Positions 46,392-55,636 of a DNA stretch of 64,000 bases are shown here, piece by piece. Every line of letters begins with the position of its first letter. The first letter of the stretch is position 1. The notes beneath the pieces were generated by a model, which had not been told where the DNA came from, searched no databases, and worked only from the letters and a program-made list of their open reading frames with translations. The DNA lies in NCBI GenBank assembly GCA_021776795.1, contig JAJFFC010000007.1, positions 4,824 through 68,823 of the forward strand, given 5' to 3'. This DNA is from Planctomycetota bacterium (GTDB lineage: Bacteria; Planctomycetota; UBA1135). Position numbers and translations under genes: made by a program.

Positions 46392-47510
46392 ATGTTCGCG
46401 GGTTTATCAGTATTCCTCCTATCTACTCTTTCCGCCCTAGCACCGGAGCGCCAAGAGCAGAAAGAAACCTTGCCGCCAGTCGGCAGCGACGCAGCCATCG
46501 AAAGCCAGGAGGCTTTTCGGGAGTGGCAGGCAATGGTACTTGGCGAGTTGCAACCGCATTATGAGTTGGAATATCAATATCAACTGGCCCTTTCCTTTCA
46601 GGAGGACGTTGATCAGGTCACCCGAAAAGCCTCGATGAATGGTGGGGGGCATATGGCAGCGCGCTCACACCGGGAATATCAACACCAAACCTACTTGGCG
46701 ATGGATCCAAAGAGTCAAACGCCACTGCAGTTTCAGGCCGACATTCACCTGGATGGAACCCAGGCGGTAGCGGTTTTGAAGTCTCCCGCAATCCCAGGAA
46801 TCGAGGATGGGTTCCGCGTGGAAATCGACCAGAAAAAGCTAGAGAAGGCTTATCGCGAGTACCTCCCGTTGTTGAGTGGCCTATCTAGCATTGCCATGCA
46901 GGAGGAGGACATCCCCCCGGAGATGGCGCCAATGATGGACAAGTTGTTTGAAATGTACTCTCATGTTCCGCCAGATATGGCTCACTACTTTCACCCCACG
47001 GGTTATTGGGGAATGGGATTGCGCTACTTCACTTGCCGTGATTTTCAGGTGCGCGGTGACATTGTGGAGGCAACCCTAACCCTGGACGTTCAAGAGGGGA
47101 GTTTTTTGTACGAAGTCGGCGAAACGACAGTGCAAGCCCTAATCGATGCCGGAGAAATTGCAGAGAGCGACTTGGCTGCCATGACGACCTTTCTTCCCTT
47201 CTTTCATTCTTTGGTCGATGATGCCCGGTTGGTGATGCGCTTTGATGAAAAAACTGGCATCCCGATTGGTTTGACGATGGATTTTTACTTCAACGTGCGC
47301 GATTTGGATTTGGATATTCAGCCGACTGTTCACCTCACCGCGAGCTACCGCGGCATATTGCGTATTCCCTCCTCGCCAGATGGGATTGAATTCCGTGCTT
47401 TGCCAGAGGCGGCCGAGACCATGGATGTCACAGGCTTCTTGGATATGGGATTAATCTATCTCCGCAACTTAGCAGCTGAGCAAGAAATGGAAGAGGATAT
47501 GGCCTTTTAG
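46392..47510 (+). CDS. hypothetical secreted protein
   Basis: Hydrophobic N-terminus MFAGLSVFLLSTLSALA and intermediate base composition. No recognised motif. Confidence 0.5.
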   Translation: MFAGLSVFLLSTLSALAPERQEQKETLPPVGSDAAIESQEAFREWQAMVLGELQPHYELEYQYQLALSFQEDVDQVTRKASMNGGGHMAARSHREYQHQTYLAMDPKSQTPLQFQADIHLDGTQAVAVLKSPAIPGIEDGFRVEIDQKKLEKAYREYLPLLSGLSSIAMQEEDIPPEMAPMMDKLFEMYSHVPPDMAHYFHPTGYWGMGLRYFTCRDFQVRGDIVEATLTLDVQEGSFLYEVGETTVQALIDAGEIAESDLAAMTTFLPFFHSLVDDARLVMRFDEKTGIPIGLTMDFYFNVRDLDLDIQPTVHLTASYRGILRIPSSPDGIEFRALPEAAETMDVTGFLDMGLIYLRNLAAEQEMEEDMAF

Positions 47511-47556
47511 TGTCAGAATCAGGTAACAAACCTCCGCCCATCGGTGTTCTGTAGTC

Positions 47557-50331
47557 ATGGAGCATCGTCCGTCTCACGCCAGTCCCCAAGATCCAGAGCT
47601 TCAAGAGCTCCTTTCTCATAGCTCCTGGATTCGCCAGCTCGCATTTGCCACGGTTCGGGACTCGCAGCTTGCCGAGGATGTCACTCAGGAGGTCTTGGTC
47701 AAGGCCCTGCAAGAGCAAAATCGAAGTGGCATTCTGCTCCGCCGGTGGTTGGCAACTGTCACCAGGCGCCATGCCCTGAATCAAGTTCGAGGGCGGCAGC
47801 GCGGGCAGCGCCGAGAGCAAAGGGTGGCTCGCACGGAAGGGGAGACCAGCGCCACAGACCCCGATGTCATCCTTGCCTATCGTGAAGTCATGGATGCCCT
47901 GCAGCGTATGCCGGCAAAGCAGAAGGAAGTCATCCTTTTGCGATTCCATGAGCAGATGGACTTCCGGCAGATCGGCAAGGAGCTGGGGGTCAAAGAAGGT
48001 GCCGCACGGGTGAGATTGCACCGAGCCCTGGATGCACTTCGTAAGGAGCTTGGTGAAGATCGCAAGCAATGGCAGGTACACTGCCTGATTTTGGCACCAG
48101 GCGCCATGCGTAATCCGGCTCCAGTACTTCCACTCCCTTCATGGCCCGTTAGTCTGGTCGGATTACTGCTGGTGACTGTTGTCGCTGGCCTGTGGTGGTG
48201 GAATGGAGAGTCAGGAGTACCAGAGCCAACTTCTGGCCAGGAAGCCTCTCTTGATTCCGCCGAAATTCCTCTCGCTGATGAGTCTCTGCCACCAGACGAA
48301 GGGATTGAAAGAAGCGAGTTGCTTGCGCCCGGGCAAGAGCCAACCAGCCTTCCGCCAGTTGATCGAACCCTCCAGGGTCGAGTGCTTCGCTTAACCGAAG
48401 GCGTGGCCGGAGCTGAAATTCAGATTTGGCAACCCAGCCAAAAACTGACCGTAATGACCCAAAACGATGGGACGTTTTCCTGCGATCTCGTTAAGGGGGA
48501 AAATTCTGTGATTACGGCGATTTCCGACGGCCACGCCCGCTCTAAATTTTTCCCATTGGATAGCCGGGGCCCATACATCGTTCACCTTCCTCCAGTAATG
48601 GAGAGAGAGGGTATACGGATTTATGTTCATGATGGGGTCAACCCTAAACCAATTGCAGGCGCAAGCGTGCAGGTGTATCAAAGTCCTGGGTTCACTGCTT
48701 TGCCCCTCAGTGTTCAGGACGAGACTATTGAGCCAATGTTGAAATTGATGACTGATGAAGAGGGGATTGCAGTTCTCTCCGGGTACTTACAAGACATACC
48801 TCGTGGCCTCTATGTCGAAGCACAAGGCTATTACTCTCACTGGGAGTATGGGGGCGGAGTTGGGGTCTGGTCTGGTGATGAAGATCTCCATATCAACCTT
48901 GAGCCTCGAGAGAATCGCCATTTACCCGTTCAATTGATTGACCATGAGGGCATTCCATTGGTCGGATTAAAAGTAAGGACGGGTTTCCCTGTCAGTGATT
49001 GGGAAAACACTGATTCCCAAGGCTTCTTGCCCACAATTAGCTCTTGGGTAATGGCGGCTAGGCTTATTGAGGAAGGCCGTAGCTCATACCTCCCTCAGAT
49101 TATTTCGGCCATGCTTCCGGATGGCTCAACCTGGAGCATCAGGGGATATGACCTTCAGAATCCCGAGGTCAATTTTCTCGAAGATCGAATTCAGATTATT
49201 CTGGATTTGCGCCCAATCACGGTTTCGCTTGAGTGTTCGTCATTGAATGAAGGCGAGTGGTTCGAGGCACAAGTAGATCACGGGGATCCATCTTGGTTAA
49301 CAAACGACTCCTGGACTCGCCTCAAGCCTGGCAATAAAAGCAAGCTCAGGTTGGCTAGTCGTGGTGCAATCTATAACCTTTCTATTCGATTAATGCCTTT
49401 AGGAATCCACTTCCCCTCCGTAAGGGTGAATGGAGTAGAAAGGGATTTCGAAATATCGCTTGAGGTCGAGCGATCAGTCCTTGTGTTGGAAGGTCAGTCT
49501 GTTGATTCGAAATCCCCTCTAACTGCAGAGGTTAGTTACGGGAGGGAGCCGAGTTGGACGGCGCCTTTGCTGGAAGGCCGTTTAGAAATTCCTCACAGCA
49601 GTGAACGCCGTAGTGGATCTGTGCGAATTCTAAATGGCAAGGGCGAGCCCCTGCTTCTCGCACGTGATGTCTACCCTGTGGGTATCGCTTTAAGTGCTTC
49701 GCTATCGGATCCGGATGGAGTGACCCGCTTACAGGAGGTAACTTCCGAATCGAGAAGAGTCACGATTACCATTGACCACGAACCAGTTCTCGGAGGAACA
49801 ATAGATCGGCAAGCAATCGCGCCAGACGGAACCGTGGAAATGTCCTTTGGAGAGAACGATGTTCCAATTTGCTACTTTGCGACCTTCCAGTTGCCGGCCT
49901 CGATTCATGAGCAGCCAGGCGGAGCAATCTTGACGACATTTTTGCGATCCTATCAATCAGTTAGTCCAATGCCGGGAAAAGTTGAACAGAGTGCGGACGG
50001 ACAATGGTTCTGGAATATGGAGATGGCAAGCGTTGAGTTGCTCATTCCCCCTGACCCAGAGCGCAGAAAGTCCAACGTGCATGAGAGCATCTGCGGGTTG
50101 AATGCGAGATCTCAATACCCGTATCACGCTCAATTCGAAGATTGGACTTGGGTTAGTGCGGGTGCCACCGGTGGCTGGCTAGCCTTCCGCGTGCCAGCTG
50201 GCCGGTACCGCTTTAATGTCGGCGAGCATTATTTTGCCGGTGAGGAGGGCGTCAACATTTTGCCTGGTCGGATTAATCGCTTGAAGCCAATCGACCTGGA
50301 TGAGGAAGCGGCAGAGGCAGAGGAACAATAG
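47557..50331 (+). CDS. ECF-type sigma-70 factor fused to a transmembrane helix and a ~700-aa extracytoplasmic domain
   Basis: Sigma region 2-like AEDVTQEVLVKAL, and region 4 HTH EVILLRFHEQMDFRQIGKELGVKEGAARVRLHRALDALR. TM segment VSLVGLLLVTVVAGLWWW, then CarboxypepD_reg-like modules (LQGRVLRLTEGVAGAEIQIW). Confidence 0.7.
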   Translation: MEHRPSHASPQDPELQELLSHSSWIRQLAFATVRDSQLAEDVTQEVLVKALQEQNRSGILLRRWLATVTRRHALNQVRGRQRGQRREQRVARTEGETSATDPDVILAYREVMDALQRMPAKQKEVILLRFHEQMDFRQIGKELGVKEGAARVRLHRALDALRKELGEDRKQWQVHCLILAPGAMRNPAPVLPLPSWPVSLVGLLLVTVVAGLWWWNGESGVPEPTSGQEASLDSAEIPLADESLPPDEGIERSELLAPGQEPTSLPPVDRTLQGRVLRLTEGVAGAEIQIWQPSQKLTVMTQNDGTFSCDLVKGENSVITAISDGHARSKFFPLDSRGPYIVHLPPVMEREGIRIYVHDGVNPKPIAGASVQVYQSPGFTALPLSVQDETIEPMLKLMTDEEGIAVLSGYLQDIPRGLYVEAQGYYSHWEYGGGVGVWSGDEDLHINLEPRENRHLPVQLIDHEGIPLVGLKVRTGFPVSDWENTDSQGFLPTISSWVMAARLIEEGRSSYLPQIISAMLPDGSTWSIRGYDLQNPEVNFLEDRIQIILDLRPITVSLECSSLNEGEWFEAQVDHGDPSWLTNDSWTRLKPGNKSKLRLASRGAIYNLSIRLMPLGIHFPSVRVNGVERDFEISLEVERSVLVLEGQSVDSKSPLTAEVSYGREPSWTAPLLEGRLEIPHSSERRSGSVRILNGKGEPLLLARDVYPVGIALSASLSDPDGVTRLQEVTSESRRVTITIDHEPVLGGTIDRQAIAPDGTVEMSFGENDVPICYFATFQLPASIHEQPGGAILTTFLRSYQSVSPMPGKVEQSADGQWFWNMEMASVELLIPPDPERRKSNVHESICGLNARSQYPYHAQFEDWTWVSAGATGGWLAFRVPAGRYRFNVGEHYFAGEEGVNILPGRINRLKPIDLDEEAAEAEEQ

Positions 50332-50393
50332 GGCAGTCGAACCTGCCTAGGTTGGCCTAGCGCAGTAGGATAGGAGCACCCTGTTCGAGCCCT

Positions 50394-53300
50394 ATGAACG
50401 CTGCTGCTCCTGACCCTCGCCCTCGTCTCTTGGCCGCCTTTGCTGTGGTGGCTTTCGCGCTCCCTTTGTGGGCTTTGGCGGCTGCGCCTTCTGGCGAGGT
50501 TGAGCGCGTTGAAGCGGTTGGTGAGGGTGTTGGGCCGGAAAAGGAGAGTGGCGCGGAAGTCCGCTACAGCCGCGACATTCGGCCGATTTTGTCGGAGAGT
50601 TGTTTCTTGTGTCATGGCCCGGATGGCTCGACGCGGGAAGCCGAGCTGCGGCTGGATAGTTTTGAAGAAGCGACGCGGGATTTGGGTGGCTACGCCGCCA
50701 TTGTTCCGGGCAACTTGGAAGAGAGTGAGCTTTGGTATCGCCTAACCACCGACGATCAAGACGACGCCATGCCACCGCACGACAGCAATATGAAAGTGCT
50801 GACGGCGGAACAGAAGGAGACCATCGGCCGTTGGATTGAACAGGGCGCGGAATACGAAGCGCATTGGGCTTTTGAAACGCCGGTGCACCCGGAAGTGCCG
50901 GGGGTGCTCAATAGCGAATGGCCGCGCACGGACATCGACCATTTCTTGCTCGCGGGCATGGAGCGTAAGGGGATTCAGCCTTCGCCACCTGCGCCGCTCG
51001 AAACTTTGTTGCGTCGGGTGTTTTTGGATCTCACCGGACTGCCGCCTACGCCGGAAGAGCTTGATTCCTTTTTGCGGGACAGTCGCCCCGACGCCTACGA
51101 ACGCGTCGTCGAGCGTTTGCTCAGCGAAGAGCCTTATGTCACCCGCTATGCCGAGCGCATGGCCACGCCTTGGCTCGATGCCGCGCGCTACGCCGACACC
51201 ATCGGCATTCATACCGACAACGGCCGGCAAATGTGGGCTTGGCGCGATTGGGTGCTGCGCTCGCTGCGCGACAACATGCCTTTCGATCAGTTTGTGACCG
51301 AGCAACTGGCCGGTGATTTGCTGCCCGACGCCACTTTGGAGCAAAAGGTCGCGAGTGGTTTTCACCGCAACCACGTTCTGACCGATGAAGGCGGCGCGAT
51401 CAACGAGGAATACCTGGTCGAGTACGCCGCCGACCGCACCGCCACCACCGGCGCCGTGTTCATGGGCCTGACCGTGCACTGCTCGCGCTGCCACGACCAC
51501 AAGTTCGATCCGGTTTCGCAACAGGAGTACTACTCCTTATTCGCCTACTTCAACTCGAATGAAGAGCCGGGGCTGTATTCGCAGCAGCCCGACCAGCCCA
51601 ACCGCGCCTTTGAGCCCTTCCTGCAGGTGCCTTCGCCCGAGCAGGCTGCCCAGCAGCGTGAGTTGCGCCAAACTTTGGAAGCCCTGCGCGCGGAAATGGC
51701 CACGCCGACCGCGGAAGATGCGGCAGCCTTTGACGATTTCCTGTCCGGCGCCCAAGGGCATTACGGCGTGAGTTGGGCTGCGTCTACGGTGCAAGCTGCG
51801 ACCAACAGCAATGGTGTGCCGATGACTTTGCTGGATGATGGCTCGGTGTTGGCCACCGGCAAGGTACCGGATCAGGAAGACCACACCGTGATCTTGCACA
51901 CTTATGAAACCGACTTGCGCATGCTGTTGGTCGAAGCTCTGCAAGATGAATCGCACTTCCAAAACCGCGTCGGCCGCGCGGGTAATGGCAACGCGGTGTT
52001 GTCGTGGATTGAAGCGGAAGCGATTTCGCTGGAAGACCCGGGAATAAAACGGCCACTGCACTTCACTTGGGCCTGGGCCGACGGCGAACAGCAGAACGAC
52101 GATTACGATGTCGTCAACATTCTCGATGGTTCTGGCGACCGCGGCTGGGCGGTCGATGCCCACCAAGTGCCCGGCGGGCGCCATGCACTGCTCCTTACCG
52201 AGCAGCCTTTCGGCTATGAAGGCGGCACCGAGCTGCGCGTGACCTTGCACTACCGTTCGGTGTATCCGCAGCACGCCTTGGGCCGCGTGCGCCTGACTCC
52301 GGGTGCGATTGGCGCTGCCGGATTGGCCGCACTGCCGGTCGCCGATTCGCGTTGGTACGGCACTTGGCCTTACAACGCGATTGAGGGCGACGCCGGTTAT
52401 GACACCACCTTCGGCCCCGAGGCCGACCCGACCATTGATTTCGCCAAGCAGTACCAGCCCGACAACTACAGTTGGGTTTTGGTGCCGCAGATCAAAGATG
52501 AAATCGTCAACACCAATCTTCCTGGCGGGCAGATCATTAGCTTTGTCGGGCGGCGCTTGTTTGCGCCGAGTAAACGCGAGTTAGAGTTGTCGCTCGGTTC
52601 CGACGACGGCATTCAGGTGTTCCTGGATGGCGAAATGGTGTTTGAGAATCGCGTCGACCGTGGCGCGGCGGCCGATCAAGAGCGGATCAAAATCGCGCTC
52701 ACGCCCGGCTTGCACACCATTGTGTTGAAGATCGTCAACACCGGTGGCATCGGCGGCATATATTGGAAGACCATGCCACCGCAGGACGAACTGCAGGGTG
52801 CCATGGTGTGGAGTTTGACGCCCGAGCATGTGCTCGCCAACGGCGCCGATGACCTGGCCCAACGCGTGTCTGAAGAATGGCGCACCCAACATTCGCCTGG
52901 CTATCGCGAGAAGTTGGCGCAAGCAGGGGGGCTGCAAACTTCGCTCGACGAACTCGAAGCCGCCATTCCGCTGACCATGGTCATGAAGGAGTTGGAGATG
53001 CAGCGCGAAACCTTCGTGCTCATGCGCGGCGCTTATGACTTGCCGGATCGCGAGCGCCCGGTGGCTCGTGGCGTGCCCGCAGCCTTGGGCACGCTGCCCG
53101 AAGGCGCGCCGGACAATCGTTTGGGCTTAGCGCAATGGTTGACCTCGGCCGAGAACCCGTTGTTGGCGCGCGTGACCGTGAACCGCTTCTGGGAGATGCT
53201 CTTTGGCGAGGGCATTGTCGCCACCAGCGCCGACTTCGGCCTGCAGGGCGCGTGGCCGAGCCACCCCGAACTGCTCGACTGGCTGGCGGTGGAATTTCGC

Positions 53301-54095
53301 GAGAACGGTTGGGATGTGCGCGAGCTGATCAAGCAAATCGTGTTGAGCCAAGCCTATCGCCAAGACTCGCGCCTGCGCCCGGAAGTGGTGGCGCTGGATC
53401 CTGAGAATCGTCTGCTCTCGAGCTATCCGCGCCGGCGCCTTGGCGCAGAAGAGATTCGTGACCAAGCGCTTTATGTGGCCGGCTTGTTAGTCGAAGAGTT
53501 CGGCGGCCCCTCGGTGAAGCCCTATCAGCCCGCAGGCTTGTGGCAGGAAGTGGCCATGCTGCAGTCCAACACGCGCACCTTCGAGCGCGGCATGGACAAC
53601 GATCTTTGGCGCCGCAGTTTGTACACCTACTGGAAGCGCGCGGTGCCGCCGCCGTCGTTGCTCACTTTCGATGCACCCACGCGCGAGTTCTGCATTACGA
53701 GTCGCGGCACCACCAACACCCCACTGCAAGCCTTGGTGTTGTGGAATGACGAACAGTTCGTCGAAGCGGCGCGCGTCTTAGCGCAACGCACATTGCTCGC
53801 CACACCGCCGCAACATTCGGCGGGGGAGTTACAAGTCGACGCGCAAGACTGGCGTCTGACCCAAATGTTCCTGCGCTGCACTAGCCGCACTCCCGAAGCC
53901 ACCGAGCTCGACGCCATGCGTTCCGCACTCGCCGCTTATGAAGAGCGCTACCAAGCGACACCGGAAGACGCCGCCAAACTCCTCGCCGCTGGCGAAGCGC
54001 CGCTCGCCGAAAACCTCGAAGCGCCCACTTTGGCGGCATGGACCATGCTCGGCAACGCGCTGCTTGCCCTCGACGAAACCATCACCCTGCGTTAA
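50394..54095 (+). CDS. PSCyt1 (planctomycete cytochrome c) + DUF1549 + DUF1553 protein (PSD1-type)
   Basis: Signal peptide and the heme-binding-type motif CFLCHGPDGSTREAELRLDS. Large size (1233 aa) and the canonical pairing with a downstream DUF1501 gene. Confidence 0.85.
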   Translation: MNAAAPDPRPRLLAAFAVVAFALPLWALAAAPSGEVERVEAVGEGVGPEKESGAEVRYSRDIRPILSESCFLCHGPDGSTREAELRLDSFEEATRDLGGYAAIVPGNLEESELWYRLTTDDQDDAMPPHDSNMKVLTAEQKETIGRWIEQGAEYEAHWAFETPVHPEVPGVLNSEWPRTDIDHFLLAGMERKGIQPSPPAPLETLLRRVFLDLTGLPPTPEELDSFLRDSRPDAYERVVERLLSEEPYVTRYAERMATPWLDAARYADTIGIHTDNGRQMWAWRDWVLRSLRDNMPFDQFVTEQLAGDLLPDATLEQKVASGFHRNHVLTDEGGAINEEYLVEYAADRTATTGAVFMGLTVHCSRCHDHKFDPVSQQEYYSLFAYFNSNEEPGLYSQQPDQPNRAFEPFLQVPSPEQAAQQRELRQTLEALRAEMATPTAEDAAAFDDFLSGAQGHYGVSWAASTVQAATNSNGVPMTLLDDGSVLATGKVPDQEDHTVILHTYETDLRMLLVEALQDESHFQNRVGRAGNGNAVLSWIEAEAISLEDPGIKRPLHFTWAWADGEQQNDDYDVVNILDGSGDRGWAVDAHQVPGGRHALLLTEQPFGYEGGTELRVTLHYRSVYPQHALGRVRLTPGAIGAAGLAALPVADSRWYGTWPYNAIEGDAGYDTTFGPEADPTIDFAKQYQPDNYSWVLVPQIKDEIVNTNLPGGQIISFVGRRLFAPSKRELELSLGSDDGIQVFLDGEMVFENRVDRGAAADQERIKIALTPGLHTIVLKIVNTGGIGGIYWKTMPPQDELQGAMVWSLTPEHVLANGADDLAQRVSEEWRTQHSPGYREKLAQAGGLQTSLDELEAAIPLTMVMKELEMQRETFVLMRGAYDLPDRERPVARGVPAALGTLPEGAPDNRLGLAQWLTSAENPLLARVTVNRFWEMLFGEGIVATSADFGLQGAWPSHPELLDWLAVEFRENGWDVRELIKQIVLSQAYRQDSRLRPEVVALDPENRLLSSYPRRRLGAEEIRDQALYVAGLLVEEFGGPSVKPYQPAGLWQEVAMLQSNTRTFERGMDNDLWRRSLYTYWKRAVPPPSLLTFDAPTREFCITSRGTTNTPLQALVLWNDEQFVEAARVLAQRTLLATPPQHSAGELQVDAQDWRLTQMFLRCTSRTPEATELDAMRSALAAYEERYQATPEDAAKLLAAGEAPLAENLEAPTLAAWTMLGNALLALDETITLR

Positions 54096-54113
54096 GCCTC
54101 AGCCCGAATCACC

Positions 54114-55625
54114 ATGGATACGCACGACCCTAACGACCCGCTCCGCGCGCACGATCTGCTGATGACGCGCCGCCGTTTCTTCGGCAAGGCGGCAAAATCG
54201 CTGGGCGCTGGCTTTGGCGCGCTGGCCATGCAATCTCTGCTCGGCCGCGAACTCAACGCCATGATGCCGGGCAACTCTGCCGCCGGAGCCCTTGCGGGTG
54301 CGCGGCCGGAACCAGCCCTCGGCCCGCACTTTAAGCCAAAGGCGAAACGCGTGATCTACCTGCACATGGAAGGCGCGCCGAGTCAGCTCGACTTGTACGA
54401 CTACAAGCCCGGTTTGCGCGCGCGCTTCAACCAAGACCTTCCCGAATCGATTCGCGACGGCCAACGCCTGACCGGCATGACCAGCGGGCAAGAGCGCTTC
54501 CCGATTGCGCCGTCGATTTTCCAGTTCTCGCGTTATCGCAACAACCAAGACGGACTTTGGCTGTCCGAGTTGCTGCCGCACACCGGAAGCGTGGCCAAGG
54601 AACTGTGCATGATCAAATCCATGCACACCGAGGCGATCAACCACGAACCCGCCATCACCTTCTTCCAAACCGGCAACCAGCAGCCGGGGCGCCCGAGCTT
54701 TGGTTCTTGGATGTCCTACGGCCTGGGTTCCGCCAACGCCAACTTGCCAACCTTCGTGGTCATGATCACGCAGGGCATCGGCAATATGCAGGCGCTATCG
54801 GCGCGCTTCTGGGGTTCGGGTTTCTTGCCGAGTGAACACCAGGGTTGCAAGTTACGTTCGGGCGAAGACCCGGTGCTGTATTTGCGCAACCCCGAAGGCG
54901 TGTCGCGCGAAGATCGTCGACGCATGCTCGACTTGGTTGGGGAGTTGAATGAGCGCGAGTACCAGCGCAGCTTCGACCCGGAAGTGCAGGCGCGGATTTC
55001 GCAGTACGAAATGGCCTACAGCATGCAGATGTCGGTGCCCGAACTCACAGACTTCTCCGACGAAAGCGAAGAAACGCTCGCCATGTACGGGCCCGAGGTG
55101 AACACGCCCGGCAGTTTCGCCGCCAACTGTCTGATGGCGCGGCGCTTAGCCGAACGAGGAGTGCGCTTCATTCAGTTGTACATGCGTGGTTGGGACCAAC
55201 ATGGCAACTTGCCGCGCGAGTTGCGCGCGCAGGCCAAGGCGGTCGACCAACCGCAGGCCGCTTTGCTCAAAGATCTCAAGCGCCGCGGATTGCTCGACGA
55301 AACCTTGGTGTTGTCGGCAGGGGAGTTTGGGCGCACGGCCTATAGCCAGGGCGCGCTCTCCACCGAGAACTACGGTCGCGACCACCATCCGCGCTGCTTC
55401 AGCGTGTGGGCGGCCGGCGGCGGCATGAAGCCGGGCATAAGCTACGGCGAAACCGATGACTTCTCGTACAACATTGTGAAAGACCCGGTCGACGTCCACG
55501 ACTTGCACGCCACCATGCTGCATTGCCTCGGCTTTGATCATGAGCGCCTCGGTTACCGCGCCCAAGGTCGCGACATGCGCCTGACCGATGTCGCCGGTCA
55601 CGTCATTCCTGGTTTGCTCGCCTAA
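54114..55625 (+). CDS. DUF1501 (sulfatase/alkaline-phosphatase-fold) protein with a Tat-like signal
   Basis: Twin-arginine N-terminus [16 protein letters not shown], with DUF1501-typical segments (GEFGRT, RDHH). Confidence 0.85.
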   Translation: MDTHDPNDPLRAHDLLMTRRRFFGKAAKSLGAGFGALAMQSLLGRELNAMMPGNSAAGALAGARPEPALGPHFKPKAKRVIYLHMEGAPSQLDLYDYKPGLRARFNQDLPESIRDGQRLTGMTSGQERFPIAPSIFQFSRYRNNQDGLWLSELLPHTGSVAKELCMIKSMHTEAINHEPAITFFQTGNQQPGRPSFGSWMSYGLGSANANLPTFVVMITQGIGNMQALSARFWGSGFLPSEHQGCKLRSGEDPVLYLRNPEGVSREDRRRMLDLVGELNEREYQRSFDPEVQARISQYEMAYSMQMSVPELTDFSDESEETLAMYGPEVNTPGSFAANCLMARRLAERGVRFIQLYMRGWDQHGNLPRELRAQAKAVDQPQAALLKDLKRRGLLDETLVLSAGEFGRTAYSQGALSTENYGRDHHPRCFSVWAAGGGMKPGISYGETDDFSYNIVKDPVDVHDLHATMLHCLGFDHERLGYRAQGRDMRLTDVAGHVIPGLLA

Positions 55626-55636
55626 GTTTCGCTGAC

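Noticed and set aside
47428-48081. 217-aa minus-strand ORF overlapping the end of 46392-47510 and the sigma-factor N-terminus
   Set aside because: The plus-strand frame encodes clear sigma-70 region 2 and 4 motifs, while the minus-strand product has no features.
50742-52274. Minus-strand ORFs 50742-51521 (259 aa) and 51537-52274 (245 aa)
   Set aside because: They are antisense to the 1233-aa PSCyt/DUF1549/DUF1553 gene. They are typical high-GC shadow ORFs.
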